In this document: piece by piece, positions 1 to 11,598 of the stretch | How the letters are laid out: every line of letters starts with the position of its first letter | Numbering within the stretch: position 1 is the first letter of the stretch | Assembly (NCBI GenBank): GCA_052426225.1 | Contig: JBNJNM010000012.1 | Span: forward strand, 1,550,001-1,614,000 | Length of the DNA stretch: 64,000 nt | Direction: 5' to 3' | From: Zancudomyces culisetae HAW-14-8 | Lineage: Eukaryota > Fungi > Kickxellomycota | Position numbers and translations under genes: made by a program | The notes under the pieces: generated by a model | Told to the model about the DNA's origin: nothing | Seen by the model: only the letters and a program-made list of their open reading frames with translations | The model's database searches: none

Positions 1-572
1 ATAGTAGGTAGTGTAAGAGCAATAAAATAATGTCACGACTTGACACTAAGTACTATATGTATTAACTATGACCATGATTTATTTAATAAAATACTATGAG
101 ATGAATAGTATTTTATTGCTAAAGTTTTCTAAAGCAATATAATCCCTGGTCTTATATAGTTTTATAAGCTAATAATTCGCTTGAAAACATCCTTAAAGAC
201 TATAGATAAAACTAAAATTAAACTAAAACTAAAAATTTAAATATCACTAACACCACAGTTGATAATATAGATTGCTATTTTTGGAATACACAAAATAGAA
301 ATTATTAATTATTACTCTAAAAATAATAATTATGAGTATGAATTAAGCTGAGAAAATATAATAAAATTAACATTTTTCTATTTTTATTATCATATTAAAA
401 ATAACAATAATGACATTAATAGATCATGACAATGGCGAACTTTTAGCAGCATATTTTGATAGTCGATTATTTATTTAAGTGCTTGATTCAACTTCAGTTC
501 GATCTTTAACAACCCAAACTACGATATAATCCGATTATCGAACATATTAAAAAATTTGGTTCAAATTTTAAA

Positions 573-1160
573 ATGAGCAAGCAAAATTTAACAATTAAAT
601 TTTGTTGGTTGCTAGCAATTTATGGATTTTTGAGACCTTCTGACATTGAACGAATTGACGATTCAAAGATGGTAATCAATAAATATATTGTTAAATTTGT
701 TATTGTTGGACCAAAAGAAAAGCGAAGTGGAAATCCGATTGAAAAGGTCAGTATAATCCACGCACATAGCGACTATAAATTATGTCCTGTAGTAACATAC
801 AGAGCATATAAAAAACGCATTGCAACTTTTCCGAGTGTTGCAAACCATCCGATCCTCGATGGAGTACAATTGCACTACCTTATCCGCAACTTAAAGTATA
901 ACGACAAACACATTGGGGCACAACGAATCAGTAAACACATTAATTCATTGATGTCACTCTTGCAGTTGCCAGAAAGCGCAAAGCTACCAAAAGCTCGAGC
1001 ATTTGGATCTACTAGAGCTACAAAGCTAGGTGCGACATACGACGATGTTATTGCTCAAGGATTTTGAGCAAGTAAAGGTATATTTGATACTTATTATCAA
1101 TTATCACGTAGAACTCGTGAAAATTTAACTCAATTTATCTTGAACTCTGAAGCTACATAA
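573..1160 (+). pseudogene. DIRS-type tyrosine recombinase, interrupted by a premature stop
   Basis: Motifs LRPSD, PKEKR and LCPV are present. The ORF ends at QGF-TGA (1065-1067), but the frame continues ASKGIFDTYYQLSRR... to TAA at 1158-1160. TGA lies where the W of the GxW motif is expected, before the catalytic Tyr region. Similarity extends upstream of 573 (YDI...IIEHIKKFGSN) across a frameshift. Confidence 0.8.
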
Positions 1161-1570
1161 TTGTATCTGGATAAGTGAAGCATAATAATATGTTTAGTTG
1201 AATGAAATGAAAACTTATTATTATTATGCGAACATCCAGATACAATTATGTCCCACCCAATTCCCACCCATACCTAGCTCAACGATGGTAAAGATTCATC
1301 AGGAAACAGGGGACATCAGTTTATATATGGTTTAAATTTATTTTATTTAGTTAGTTTTACTTATTTTATAAAAATTATACAGTGATGTCTGTCATTACAC
1401 ACATCATTACGTATAAAGTTTCTAAATTTAAACACTCTTTTTATCGATTTAATTTTTTACCAAATTTTAAGGTAATGGATTAATCGATAAAAATAGTATC
1501 TAGGAAAGAATTTTCGATTTATATAATGATTGGTACACACATAATTGTATCTGGATAAGTGAAGCATAAT
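1155..1570. repeat. 32-bp direct repeat (1155-1186, 1539-1570) with an imperfect inverted copy (1223-1251)
   Basis: ACATAATTGTATCTGGATAAGTGAAGCATAAT occurs twice exactly. The reverse complement of 1223-1251 is ACATAATTGTATCTGGATGTTCGCATAAT. Confidence 0.9.
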
Positions 1571-4051
1571 CGAACATTTAGAAACAATTGAAATTATTTT
1601 AAGGGTTAAAATATATAATATCTAAAAAAAATTGTAATTAAATAAAGATTAGGTAGTCATAACTGATCATACATTCGCATTTTAATATCAAGTTTTCATA
1701 CATCAACTAAACATATTTTATTTATATTAACAAACTAAAGTTTTATACTTCTACTTCTTCTTGATATATTTATAAGACAGCAAGTGTCTACAATATATAT
1801 TTTTATATTTGTACTTAGTGATTCTCGTTAGTTGGAAATCTAAACAAGTTCATGACACCAACTTAAAAGTAATATACTCATTTACTATCGTCAAGTATTA
1901 TTAAAGATAAGTCACTGCATAAAATAAAACTGTTTATCATCAATTTTAAAATTTAACGGAAAACGCTGTGTAAGTTAGTTTCCTTTTCAATAGTGTATAC
2001 AGTTATACAAATATATGGAAATAAGATAGTAAACAGGCAAAATACTCAATTTTGTAATAATTATTACAGGTAGTGAAAAAGTATATATAATAGGCAAAGC
2101 GTCAAAGTATCTCTTAAAGTAGCCTAATTCCCACAGAATCTAGTCCTGATCATGAAGTTCGGTTCTGGCCTATTTGTCAAAAGCATCAAATTAAGAACCT
2201 CGTTTTCGAAATAAAATCAAGGAAGACAGGAGGAATTCTAAATCTGTTTAATAACTAATTGTTCGTCAAGTGGCTCATTTGAACAAGTACGTATAATTTT
2301 AAAATGAAAAAGTGGTAAAATTGAATTTAACTATCTTTTAACTTTTACAATAAGAATATTTATTATGATACTTTTTATAGTGTAAATGAATTTGTATGCA
2401 GTAGGCCAATGCACAAAAAAATCATAGTAAAAGTAAATTTTAAATTATTTTTTAAATTGGATAATATGAGCAGACACCCTATCTCCTATCTTGCAATCAG
2501 CGTCGTAATAGTTTCTAGCCAAAATATTAAATATTGAATAAATTGATAAAATTATATTGCAGAAAATACAACATAAATAAACAATAAGATTTAGGCTAGG
2601 TTACACCATATAACTTGGGCAAAAATCAAGCTTATAACTTTTAGCATCATTACTGTAAAGTGAGTATTTATTTTGATTTTAACGTGGATGGTGGTAGAAA
2701 AGCTAACGTGAAGAGTTAGAAAAAGAATTACAGCAGATAGAATGGGTGTTATTTCACAGATAGTAGTATGTACACACTTGATACCAAAATGATCGATTTA
2801 ACATTTTGATGCTGTGATTGCTAATAAAAATAATACTGTCTTTGTTCTCAATTTTGAATAATTTGTTTTTTCTCAGTTAATTATCCGTTATCCAATATTC
2901 ATCTATTCAACTTTTAAAAAGTATAATCATATTATATTTGGTGAAAAATATTTTTCTGATTAAATAGACTAAGTTAATGAATGGGAATAATTAAGCAAAA
3001 AATTGCAAATCTTCCCGAACATTTTTTTCGAAATCCAACATTTATCATAGCCTTATCGGAAATAACTGCATATAAATTCTACAATTGTTAACACAAAAAC
3101 TCCGTTATTTACTGTTAAATTATGAGTAATAGATTCCAAATACATGGGAGTATTTGTCAAATTAAAAAGTGCTTGTACATTTTCCACAACTCACGAGGCT
3201 TAAGTTAGCATTTTAAGCACTTATTTATAGTAAAAATAGTTCATTTTTATTAGCACCGACGATATTTAGTGAATGTGTCGTTTTAACTGCTATTGTTAAT
3301 ACCAAAGAATAGTTTTAATAATTGTATCGCTTGGCCTTTCCTTCAAATTATAGTGCCATGATCGTGATAACAATAAATACAAAGCTAGTCGAGTTAAATA
3401 TTTCCCTAGAATAAACTGGTGAAAAGATTGATTAAAAATTTGAAGTAATAGCCTTTAAGCTGATTATAAGCTTGTTTGTATATAACTCCTCTGGAGAAGT
3501 CATAAATCTTTTTGTCAATTAAACGGCCGAACACAATTATCTTCAAGTTATAAACATCCCATTGAGGTAGAAAATAGCAGCTTTTGTTATTATATGTAAC
3601 ATTAAACTTTGTAATATCAGTTACTAAATGTTTATCATATTAAGAAAAAATTCATTTGAGATTCACAGGGATGGAAATATCAAACCTACCGGATTGTCGA
3701 ATTGTTCAACATAATCCAGAATGCTCTAGAGAACCAAGAATTTACACAGATATGAGCTTTATGTTATGTATAATGGGTAAAATGCAGTCTAATCATGAGA
3801 AAAGTGAGTATAGCTCTAGATTTATTGCTTACTAGTTTTATATCCGTTTATCAAAACCAGTGTACTACTTTAATACACCATTTAAAATTGTGTATAAAAA
3901 CCCATCGTTCTAACACCTCATCGGTATTTACAAATATTCTTACGCAGATAGCGCTATTAATATTGTAACAAAACTTACTGTTATATTTTAACCTTCCATA
4001 AGGATATCAACCATAAATCAAGAAACCAGGAATCAAAATCAAAATTTTGAA

Positions 4052-4825
4052 ATGACAATTGGAAAGCTATTCATAACTACATTGCTTTACTTCGCGTGCG
4101 CAAATAGTATGCATATCCCGGGTGGAGTAAATGGAGCTCATAACCTTGGCGTGCAGCTCAAGAGACGCAGTAATCCTATATATAACCGCTACAAAGCACG
4201 TGGTGACGAAAAAAGCGTCTACAGTGTGCAGATGAAGCCTGAATATCATGATAATGCACATTATGGAAAAGATGATGGAAAAAAAGGAGAATATGGTGTA
4301 GTATACGATGATAAAAATAGTTATAAAAACTGTGGAGGATACAACAAAAGAGATGATGTAAAAGATGATGGAAAGAACGGCAGAAAGGATGATGGAAAAA
4401 ACGGTGGATATGGCTTTTTGTATAATAATGGAAAGAATGATGTATATGGTTATAGGGATTGTGGAAAGGACGATGGAAATCGTTATAAGGATGATGGAGA
4501 TCGTTATAAAGACAATGGAAACCGTTATAAAGATTGTGAAAATGGCTATAAAGATGATAAAAATGGCTATAAAGATGATAAGCATGGCTATAAAGATTGT
4601 GAAAATGTTTACAGAGATGATAAACATGGCTATAAAGATGATAAGCATGGCTATAAAGATGATAAACATGGCTATAAAGATGATAAGAATGGCTATAAAG
4701 ATGATAAGAATGGCTATAAAGATAATGGTCAGGGCTATAAAGATAATGGAAAGGGTTATAAAGACGATGGAAAGGACAAAGGCAAAAACGATGGAAAGGA
4801 TGGTGGAAAAAATGGCGCTAAATAA
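4052..4825 (+). CDS. Secreted Tyr/Lys/Asp/Gly-rich heptad-repeat protein of unknown function
   Basis: 257-aa ORF with a hydrophobic N-terminal signal peptide (MTIGKLFITTLLYFACANS), a dibasic KRR site and about 14 tandem YKDDK[HN]G-type repeats. Confidence 0.8.
   Translation: MTIGKLFITTLLYFACANSMHIPGGVNGAHNLGVQLKRRSNPIYNRYKARGDEKSVYSVQMKPEYHDNAHYGKDDGKKGEYGVVYDDKNSYKNCGGYNKRDDVKDDGKNGRKDDGKNGGYGFLYNNGKNDVYGYRDCGKDDGNRYKDDGDRYKDNGNRYKDCENGYKDDKNGYKDDKHGYKDCENVYRDDKHGYKDDKHGYKDDKHGYKDDKNGYKDDKNGYKDNGQGYKDNGKGYKDDGKDKGKNDGKDGGKNGAK
4484..4777 (+). repeat. 21-bp coding tandem repeat, about 14 units (consensus TATAAAGATGATAA(A/G)(C/A)ATGGC)
   Basis: Periodic TATAAAGATGATAA...ATGGC units are directly visible. 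Confidence 0.9.
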
Positions 4826-6000
4826 ACTTTTTAAAAATGATAAGACAAACTATAGCAATTGTCATTTTGAGATAAACGTACCATATTACTCAAAAATTTT
4901 AATGCATACGAACCCCTTAATGATACGCAAATCACTATGGCATGACAGCATTGCACACGACTACTGTCGATATTTCTACTCTTTTTTATTTTACTCAAAC
5001 CTCTAAAAATCCAAAATTTCGGGCCTATCCAATACTATTTTTTTTCTCTGATTTTCTCGACTTTTCAACACCCGCTTTGTTGTAAACCCCCCCCCTTTTT
5101 TTTTACCAAACTTAGCTACTTTTTTCACTCATAGCAACTACTGAAACTATGTATATTCTATAAAGCATTATATTCTAATAATGAGTCTTCTATCATAATT
5201 TCAAACTTTACAATAACTGTATCGAAACTGTGTTAATTGCACATATATTTCTCATAATAGTATAGTGTTCCAACAAACTATATCTCAAAAATTAAACGAG
5301 TAAAAAAAATTTTTTTTGGTTCAAAACTAGGGATAGTTTATGAATAAAGCTGTAAGAGTAATTTTTTACATGATTATTCGATTTCAGTACTATTCTTGTT
5401 ATACTTTCTTATAATCAAATATACTTTTTTTAAATTTTACTCGACTAAAATATTTAATATAACATATAAATATTTTTTACAATGCTTTTTATAAATTTAA
5501 TAAGTATGATTGCAATATATAACTGCATTTATCCTTGCTTTGCCAAAGAGCAAGCTTGGCGTTGGCTCACAATAGTTATTGATGTATAACGTATACTAGC
5601 TTTCATAAAATTATTTACGATTAAAATAAAGTTTGTATACTATGAACATTTACTCAACAACCATACTTTTGGATCTAGAAAGCCTGAGAAGATTCGTAAT
5701 AATAGTGTTTTATTTTGCTCTATTTTACCTGTATACCAGACCCGACTTAGCATCTGTGGTAGTTATTAACTATTTATTCCAATAACTTATGATCTTAAAG
5801 CTCAGTCTCAAATATGTTTTTCAATATATATTTTTTATTTGTATGAATACCATTTAATAGAGTTGGAACCAAATATTTTTAAAAATCTATAATGACGTAA
5901 AATATTATTCGAGACATAATAATCACAAATACATAAATTTTACTATTGTTATTTTCTAATGACCAAAGATATTGGAATAATAATTATTGTATTGTCGGAC

Positions 6001-6235
6001 ATGACCATCTATATCACGCTCGTTGGTTGGGTTTCTGAAGGGTGGATACACCTGGTTTGTCACTTTTTCAAGATCTTTAAACGGGTCAAGTTACGATTTA
6101 GATTCTACATCGATGGATAATACACCGGACCAGTTGCTGTCAGAAGAGTAGCAGCCATCATCCCGGAATATTTGAATTATTGCTGAACGGAGTTCTGCAT
6201 CAGACCTGAAATTTGAGATTTTATTACTGTTTTAG
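6001..6235 (-). pseudogene. Decayed ORF fragment of an unknown family (paralogue of 7622-7850)
   Basis: Manual translation NFRSDAELRSAIIQIFRDDGCYSSDSNWSGVLSIDVESKS*LDPFKDLEKVTNQVYPPFRNPTNERDIDG, in a GC-elevated patch within AT-rich DNA. Confidence 0.4.
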
Positions 6236-7621
6236 AATGCCTTTTCTTTAAAATATTAATCCTAGCAGTATTCAATAACATATTCTTTTTTCACTAATAA
6301 AACTTATGCAAACAAAGTTCTTGTTCAATCATTTTCATTATTTCATATTCCTAATATTTATCTTTAAAACTACTAAAACTGACAAGATATTCCTAATGAG
6401 TGCTCTTCAGTTTTATAAATGGGTTGTTTGCTACTAATAAACTATAATAAAATTTTTCCTAATAATATATATTATATCTGATATTATTTGTTACTCATCT
6501 TGTTATTTTCTTATTCTTTTTTGTTATTTTTTGTGGATTAAATACTCAATAATTAATTAAATATACTATTACTAATAATTTTTATTTGTGTTCCTATTCC
6601 ATTTTGTAATTTTTTTCTTGGATTTTTAATCTGAGTATTTCCTTCACTTAGCGATCGAGGTTTTAATTCTATTTTGATTGAAAATATAATATATTAAAAG
6701 CATTTCATTTCTTGACATTTAAAAGTTTTCCATAAATAATTATACTTTTCCATACAATAGGATTTATTGTGTATATTACTCAGAGCACATGACAACAGAT
6801 AAAAAAACTATGTATTAATTAGAATCAAAAGATATTTTAAATACAAAAGCAGTTAGGAAAATTCAAGGAAAATTGAAACCGCAAGCTGAGAATACATAAA
6901 GCAACTAGATGTAATGATATTTTTAAAATAATAATGGTAGAATTATTGGATATGATTATATACATTAAAAAATATACTCATTAATGTCGTACTTATTTTA
7001 CGACTTTAATATTTTCTATATTTTTATACAATTTAGGGATTTATCATAACAATCGTCAGGAATCTACAGATTCGCTTCGCCCTATTGTTTGTTTTATTGT
7101 TATTTTAGTATATAAGCTTGTTTTTATTAATTGTTTTTACTTTTTATAGCGAAAATGAAAATGGTATATAAAAACACTATTTTCCAAAATAAGGAAAAGT
7201 GAGACTTTTCCGACCTTCTAATACACAATAAATATAGTATTTAATAATACTAAAAATAACTAAGTTTTTATGTAGTTGATTTTTAAGTATGACATTAAAG
7301 GAATATTAGATTATTTAATGTTTTAATGAAGTAAATATAAATTTATTAATTAAATTACTATTGTGAACAAAAGTTTAGGTTATGAAATAATAAAGTTTAT
7401 TCAGAATAGGGTTACAGCTTGGAATAAATAAAAAGTATTAAAGAAAAAGAAAAGCATTCAAACTTCTTTTTAAAATGTCAGTATAAGGAACTAACCAGTA
7501 AGATACTTTAACTGTTATATTTTTTTGTACATCTGCTTGTACTGTAGCTAATATAAACTTTAAGTTTTTTTGAGCTAGTTTATTTAGTACCTATACTATT
7601 AAAATAAGCCAATCTTAACAG

Positions 7622-7850
7622 CCAGAGTGCATTAGTAAATTAAGAACCGCATTTATCCAGAAAGCGAGAGGTGAGAACCAAAAATCATCTGATATTAGTC
7701 GTTCGGGAGCAACTTATATGAATGTAGATCCCGAAGAACCACGTGATACATTTCCGATTTATGGATAATGTTAATCTGCAAATAAAGAACCCGACTATAG
7801 ATGGTTTACACCCAATCCCATCCGACGATATATATCAATTGTTTAAATTT
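7622..7850 (+). pseudogene. Decayed ORF fragment of an unknown family (paralogue of 6001-6235)
   Basis: Manual translation PECISKLRTAFIQKARGENQKSSDISRSGATYMNVDPEEPRDTF, then after a frameshift RFMDNVNLQIKNPTIDG. Confidence 0.4.
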
Positions 7851-10800
7851 AGATTGGCATATTTAATACAATAGTACTTAAATATGTAAATGCAGAATAA
7901 TAACCTGTGTTGTATTTAAACTTAATATTTTCAATTTATACAATTCTAAAGTACTTTTGCTAACTTTAATTAAATTCATTATTTTTTTCAATAATATAAA
8001 AGATATCAAGAAACCGAGTATATACTCGGCATCAAAAACATTTCGGAAATCACACATTGCAATTGCCATCCACAGTTGATTTTGTTTGCTAATATATCCC
8101 AACAATTTTAAAGTTATATTATCTTTATATCGAAAGATTTATTAGGTTACCAAGTTAGGGAAAAAATCAGATAATTATATATCAAACGAAACCTTAATAT
8201 AGTAAACATAGACAGATTCAAAATATTTAATCATGAATAAGTTCAATAGCTATAACTTGTAGTATGTATACTAAAATAAATATACCAACTTTGAGGTGAA
8301 TGAACATGTAGTATAATTGTCTATTCTTTGCGATATAGTTGGGGGAGGTCTGAAAATAGTTTTACTTTATCGCGCGTGTAATGCTTTAAGTCTTGGTTTA
8401 ATTCATCAACAATCTTGGTATTTTTTATTTGTAAATCACGGTTAAGTGTAATGGGTCTTGACCTTTAAGTTATTTGCAATGAGTCACATAAATGCAACCA
8501 GTTCATCCTCAAAATGGAAATAAAATAAGCTCAACTTTAGTATTTGAGTCTACTATTCATAAATTTTAATTTTACCTGTTTTTTCCTCTTTTTCTCGTTA
8601 ATTATGTATCTGTGTTTATTTATAGTGTATATTATTAAATGTACAGCTATCATGTCAATATTATTTGTCATTAATCTTTTCTCTAGTTTTTATGATTTAT
8701 TTTTTTACTAACTCCTTTGCATTTGGAACTGTTTGCTTTTTTTTGCCTACATCAATATAAAGTCTTTTGTTTAAACCATATCTATTATGATATTGGGATA
8801 AACCCAATGTAAATACTATAAACGTGCTCGAATACATGAATACATTTGAGAACATTTGCACAAGGATTTAAGACATTTAGGTTTTTCATGGTGAATCATT
8901 GAGTTATTATTCCACCTGAGCCCGTTTATTTTGTTTTCACGTTGAAGAACTCTAGTAAATTCTTTTTTTAATTTTTTAGGGGAATTTCATTGCAAAATAA
9001 TGACACTAAGCATAGTAATCGGAATAGGTTGTTTTTGTGATATTCTAGAATTCATTCAGAAACTGGTTAAACCCTGTACTGATTTACAAATGTTTAGATA
9101 TCCTGTGATTTTGTGTGTATCTTCTATGAAAATTCGAGTTAGTTTTTGATTAATAAATTCTAACCTTGAGTACTCAAATCGATAAAAAGTTGAATGCGAA
9201 TTGTGATATTCACCGCAAAGGCTAAAATAAAAGTCACCTCTTTGAGTGCCTATTTGTTTGGGGGGTTTTTTTTTACTTTTGAACATCATTGTGATTAGCA
9301 CTGCGGAATAATATTGATATAATTGAGTTTATACTAATAGTTATTGTATTTACCAAAGTTAGCTGTTTTCGAGCATTTGCAAAACATAATCTTGAAAATC
9401 CAAATAAATGAATAAAGGTAGTAGATATTTATAGTAAGGTAAATCACATTGCTCTCATATGACAAGTAAAATAAGTAAACCGCATACAAGAGATTTTAGT
9501 ATTTAAATTACAGAAAATACCGTTAGATTTGGGCTGATTGGGAAAATAAATGTAGTCACGGTGTTGGTTTCAATATGAGGTTCACAATATGGAAACACAC
9601 ATGTCAATACAAAAGTAGACATCGTCCTACAATAATTCATAATCGTACCCAACAATATTAATGTGACTTTTGTTTTTTGAAGTGGAATGGAGTGGATGAA
9701 GGGATGGGTTCTTTGTGACCAACGTGAAGTGCTAAAAGATGCAACGCCCTAGGACATGGTAACTTGTAAAAAAAAGGTGATTGGTGGAATAAAATGAATG
9801 CAGTAATAGGATTAATGACTAAAAGCGTCGAAAAGAACCAAGACAACATGACTTTATGTATTAGGGAGGGGGAGTGATCAAATAAAGAAAATTTGGAAGG
9901 AAGGAAAAATAATATTCTGGTGTATTGTATATCATTGAATTTTCAAGTATTTGTGGGTAGAGGTTACAATTTTATAAAAGAGTAAATTTGATATAAAAGA
10001 TGTGATCTTGAAAGTGAGAAGTGGAGGGCATGGTAGTGAATGTGGTTATCATGTGTGCACAGTGGTACAGTGTTAGATTGTTAATCAATTTTTTTGTCTT
10101 TCCATCCTTTGATCAAAAAAGAAAATGACGTCTAAAAGAAATAAGGTTGTTTCAAAGTCAGTTGAATTTTATGTAAACAGAGAAATTCTAAGCAAATAAA
10201 AAAACAGTAATATCAACGAAGGGATAAGTTTAGTGGATAAAAGCTAGAATCATGTGCAAAACGAAAAAAAAAGATAGAACAACACTGAAGAAAAAAAAAA
10301 GGTGGATATATAACTCGTAATTCGAGTGAAGTGAGAAAAGCTGAAAGTTGAGAAGGTGGAGACGGGAGGTTGTGGTGATGCTAGTGATATAATTTCAAAG
10401 CATAGTGAGAAACTGGACCTTTAGATGGTTCTAAAAAATATTACCAGCAGATTGTGGCGTTCTTGTAGTTTGGTCAGGAGGGAGGAAGGGGGGGGGCGGA
10501 GCTGTAGTTGATCACATTGATAGTTTGGCAGCGAATAAAAAAATTAATTTAGATTACTTATTTTTGAGGAAGAGTACAAGTGAAGTGATAGAAAAATTGG
10601 TAAAAAAAATTATTGCAATGTGATCAAGATAAAACAAATTTCTTGGGAACTTTGAGCTAAAGTAATTCGAAAATTAAAAAAATAAATTGTAAATAGGTAA
10701 TGACCAACAAATTACAAATAGAGGCAAAAGGGGAAAAAGGGTGAGAGTAAAAGCAGAAGTAGAGAAAAAGAGATAAGGAGGGAAGGGGAAATATGCAATA

Positions 10801-11598
10801 TTTGATGCTGAAAACCGAGTTTTATAAGAGAAAATAACCAGTCAAATGGTATATATGGGAGCTCGAGTATTACAGAGTAGAGAGATTGCTAATATTTTTA
10901 GATCATGAGCTTGAGTTTTCAGTTTTATTATTTTTTTGGGAGGGGTGGTAGTGGTGGTAGTGGTGGGTGTGTGAGTGAGAAAGATGATGGGAAAGTTAAA
11001 AAGGGGTAATAAAGTCTGATTTTTCATACTCTATTATTTTGTAAAAAAATAAAATAAAATAAAATAAATAAATTTTTAGTAAATAGCTCTCGAGATTTGT
11101 TTTATAGGCTAAAAAGTGAGAAAATTATCGAGAAAAAAAATAATTGGCGAGTAAAGAAAGCGGGGAGAAACTTAAAAGAGAGAAAAGTACCGGATTAAAA
11201 ATGAAGCGAGTAAAAATGAGCAAAAATTTAGGATTTAGAAAAATATATATAACTGTGTGTGTGAAATATCAGGTATAAAAGTCTTGTCAAATTAACTTGA
11301 ATTCAATTAGATGTACAAGATTAGATTAAATTAGATACAATACAATACAATACATAATAGAATAGGTTTGTAAAATGTCAAGTTATCAAGTACAATAGAC
11401 AAAAAAATATTTAATAAATATAGAATAAAAAGGATTGTACAGGTAGCAAGAAAGAGAAAAAACTGGAAATAGAACATACATTAGAATAAATGAATTGAAA
11501 ACAAAATCGGTATAATATATAAATAAACACGATTAGAATACAACTTTGAAAGCTACAAGGAAAGCCACCCCAAGAAAAAGCCAAGGTATTTGATAGAA

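Larger units (their letters stand above)
500..1570 (+). mobile_element. 3' part of a decayed DIRS-type (tyrosine recombinase) retrotransposon
   Basis: Tyrosine recombinase ORF followed by a direct repeat (1155-1186 = 1539-1570), an inverted copy (1223-1251) and TCCCACCC motifs. This resembles the ICR/inverted-terminal-repeat end of DIRS elements. No RT/RNase H is recognisable upstream within the window. Confidence 0.75.

Noticed and set aside
18-120. 13-bp perfect hairpin (85-97/105-117) with an outer inverted match (18-29/109-120)
   Set aside because: Almost pure A/T in very AT-rich DNA at the window edge, so it cannot be assigned to an element.
1065-1067. TGA at a Trp position as evidence of a variant genetic code
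   Set aside because: The intact nuclear genes here use TGG for Trp and TGA as a normal stop, so a point mutation in a dead element is simpler.
4067-5006. Long alternative-frame ORFs (4067-4669 - and 4365-5006 +) over the repeat gene
   Set aside because: By-products of the stop-free 21-bp tandem repeat. Only the 4052 frame has a signal peptide and coherent structure.
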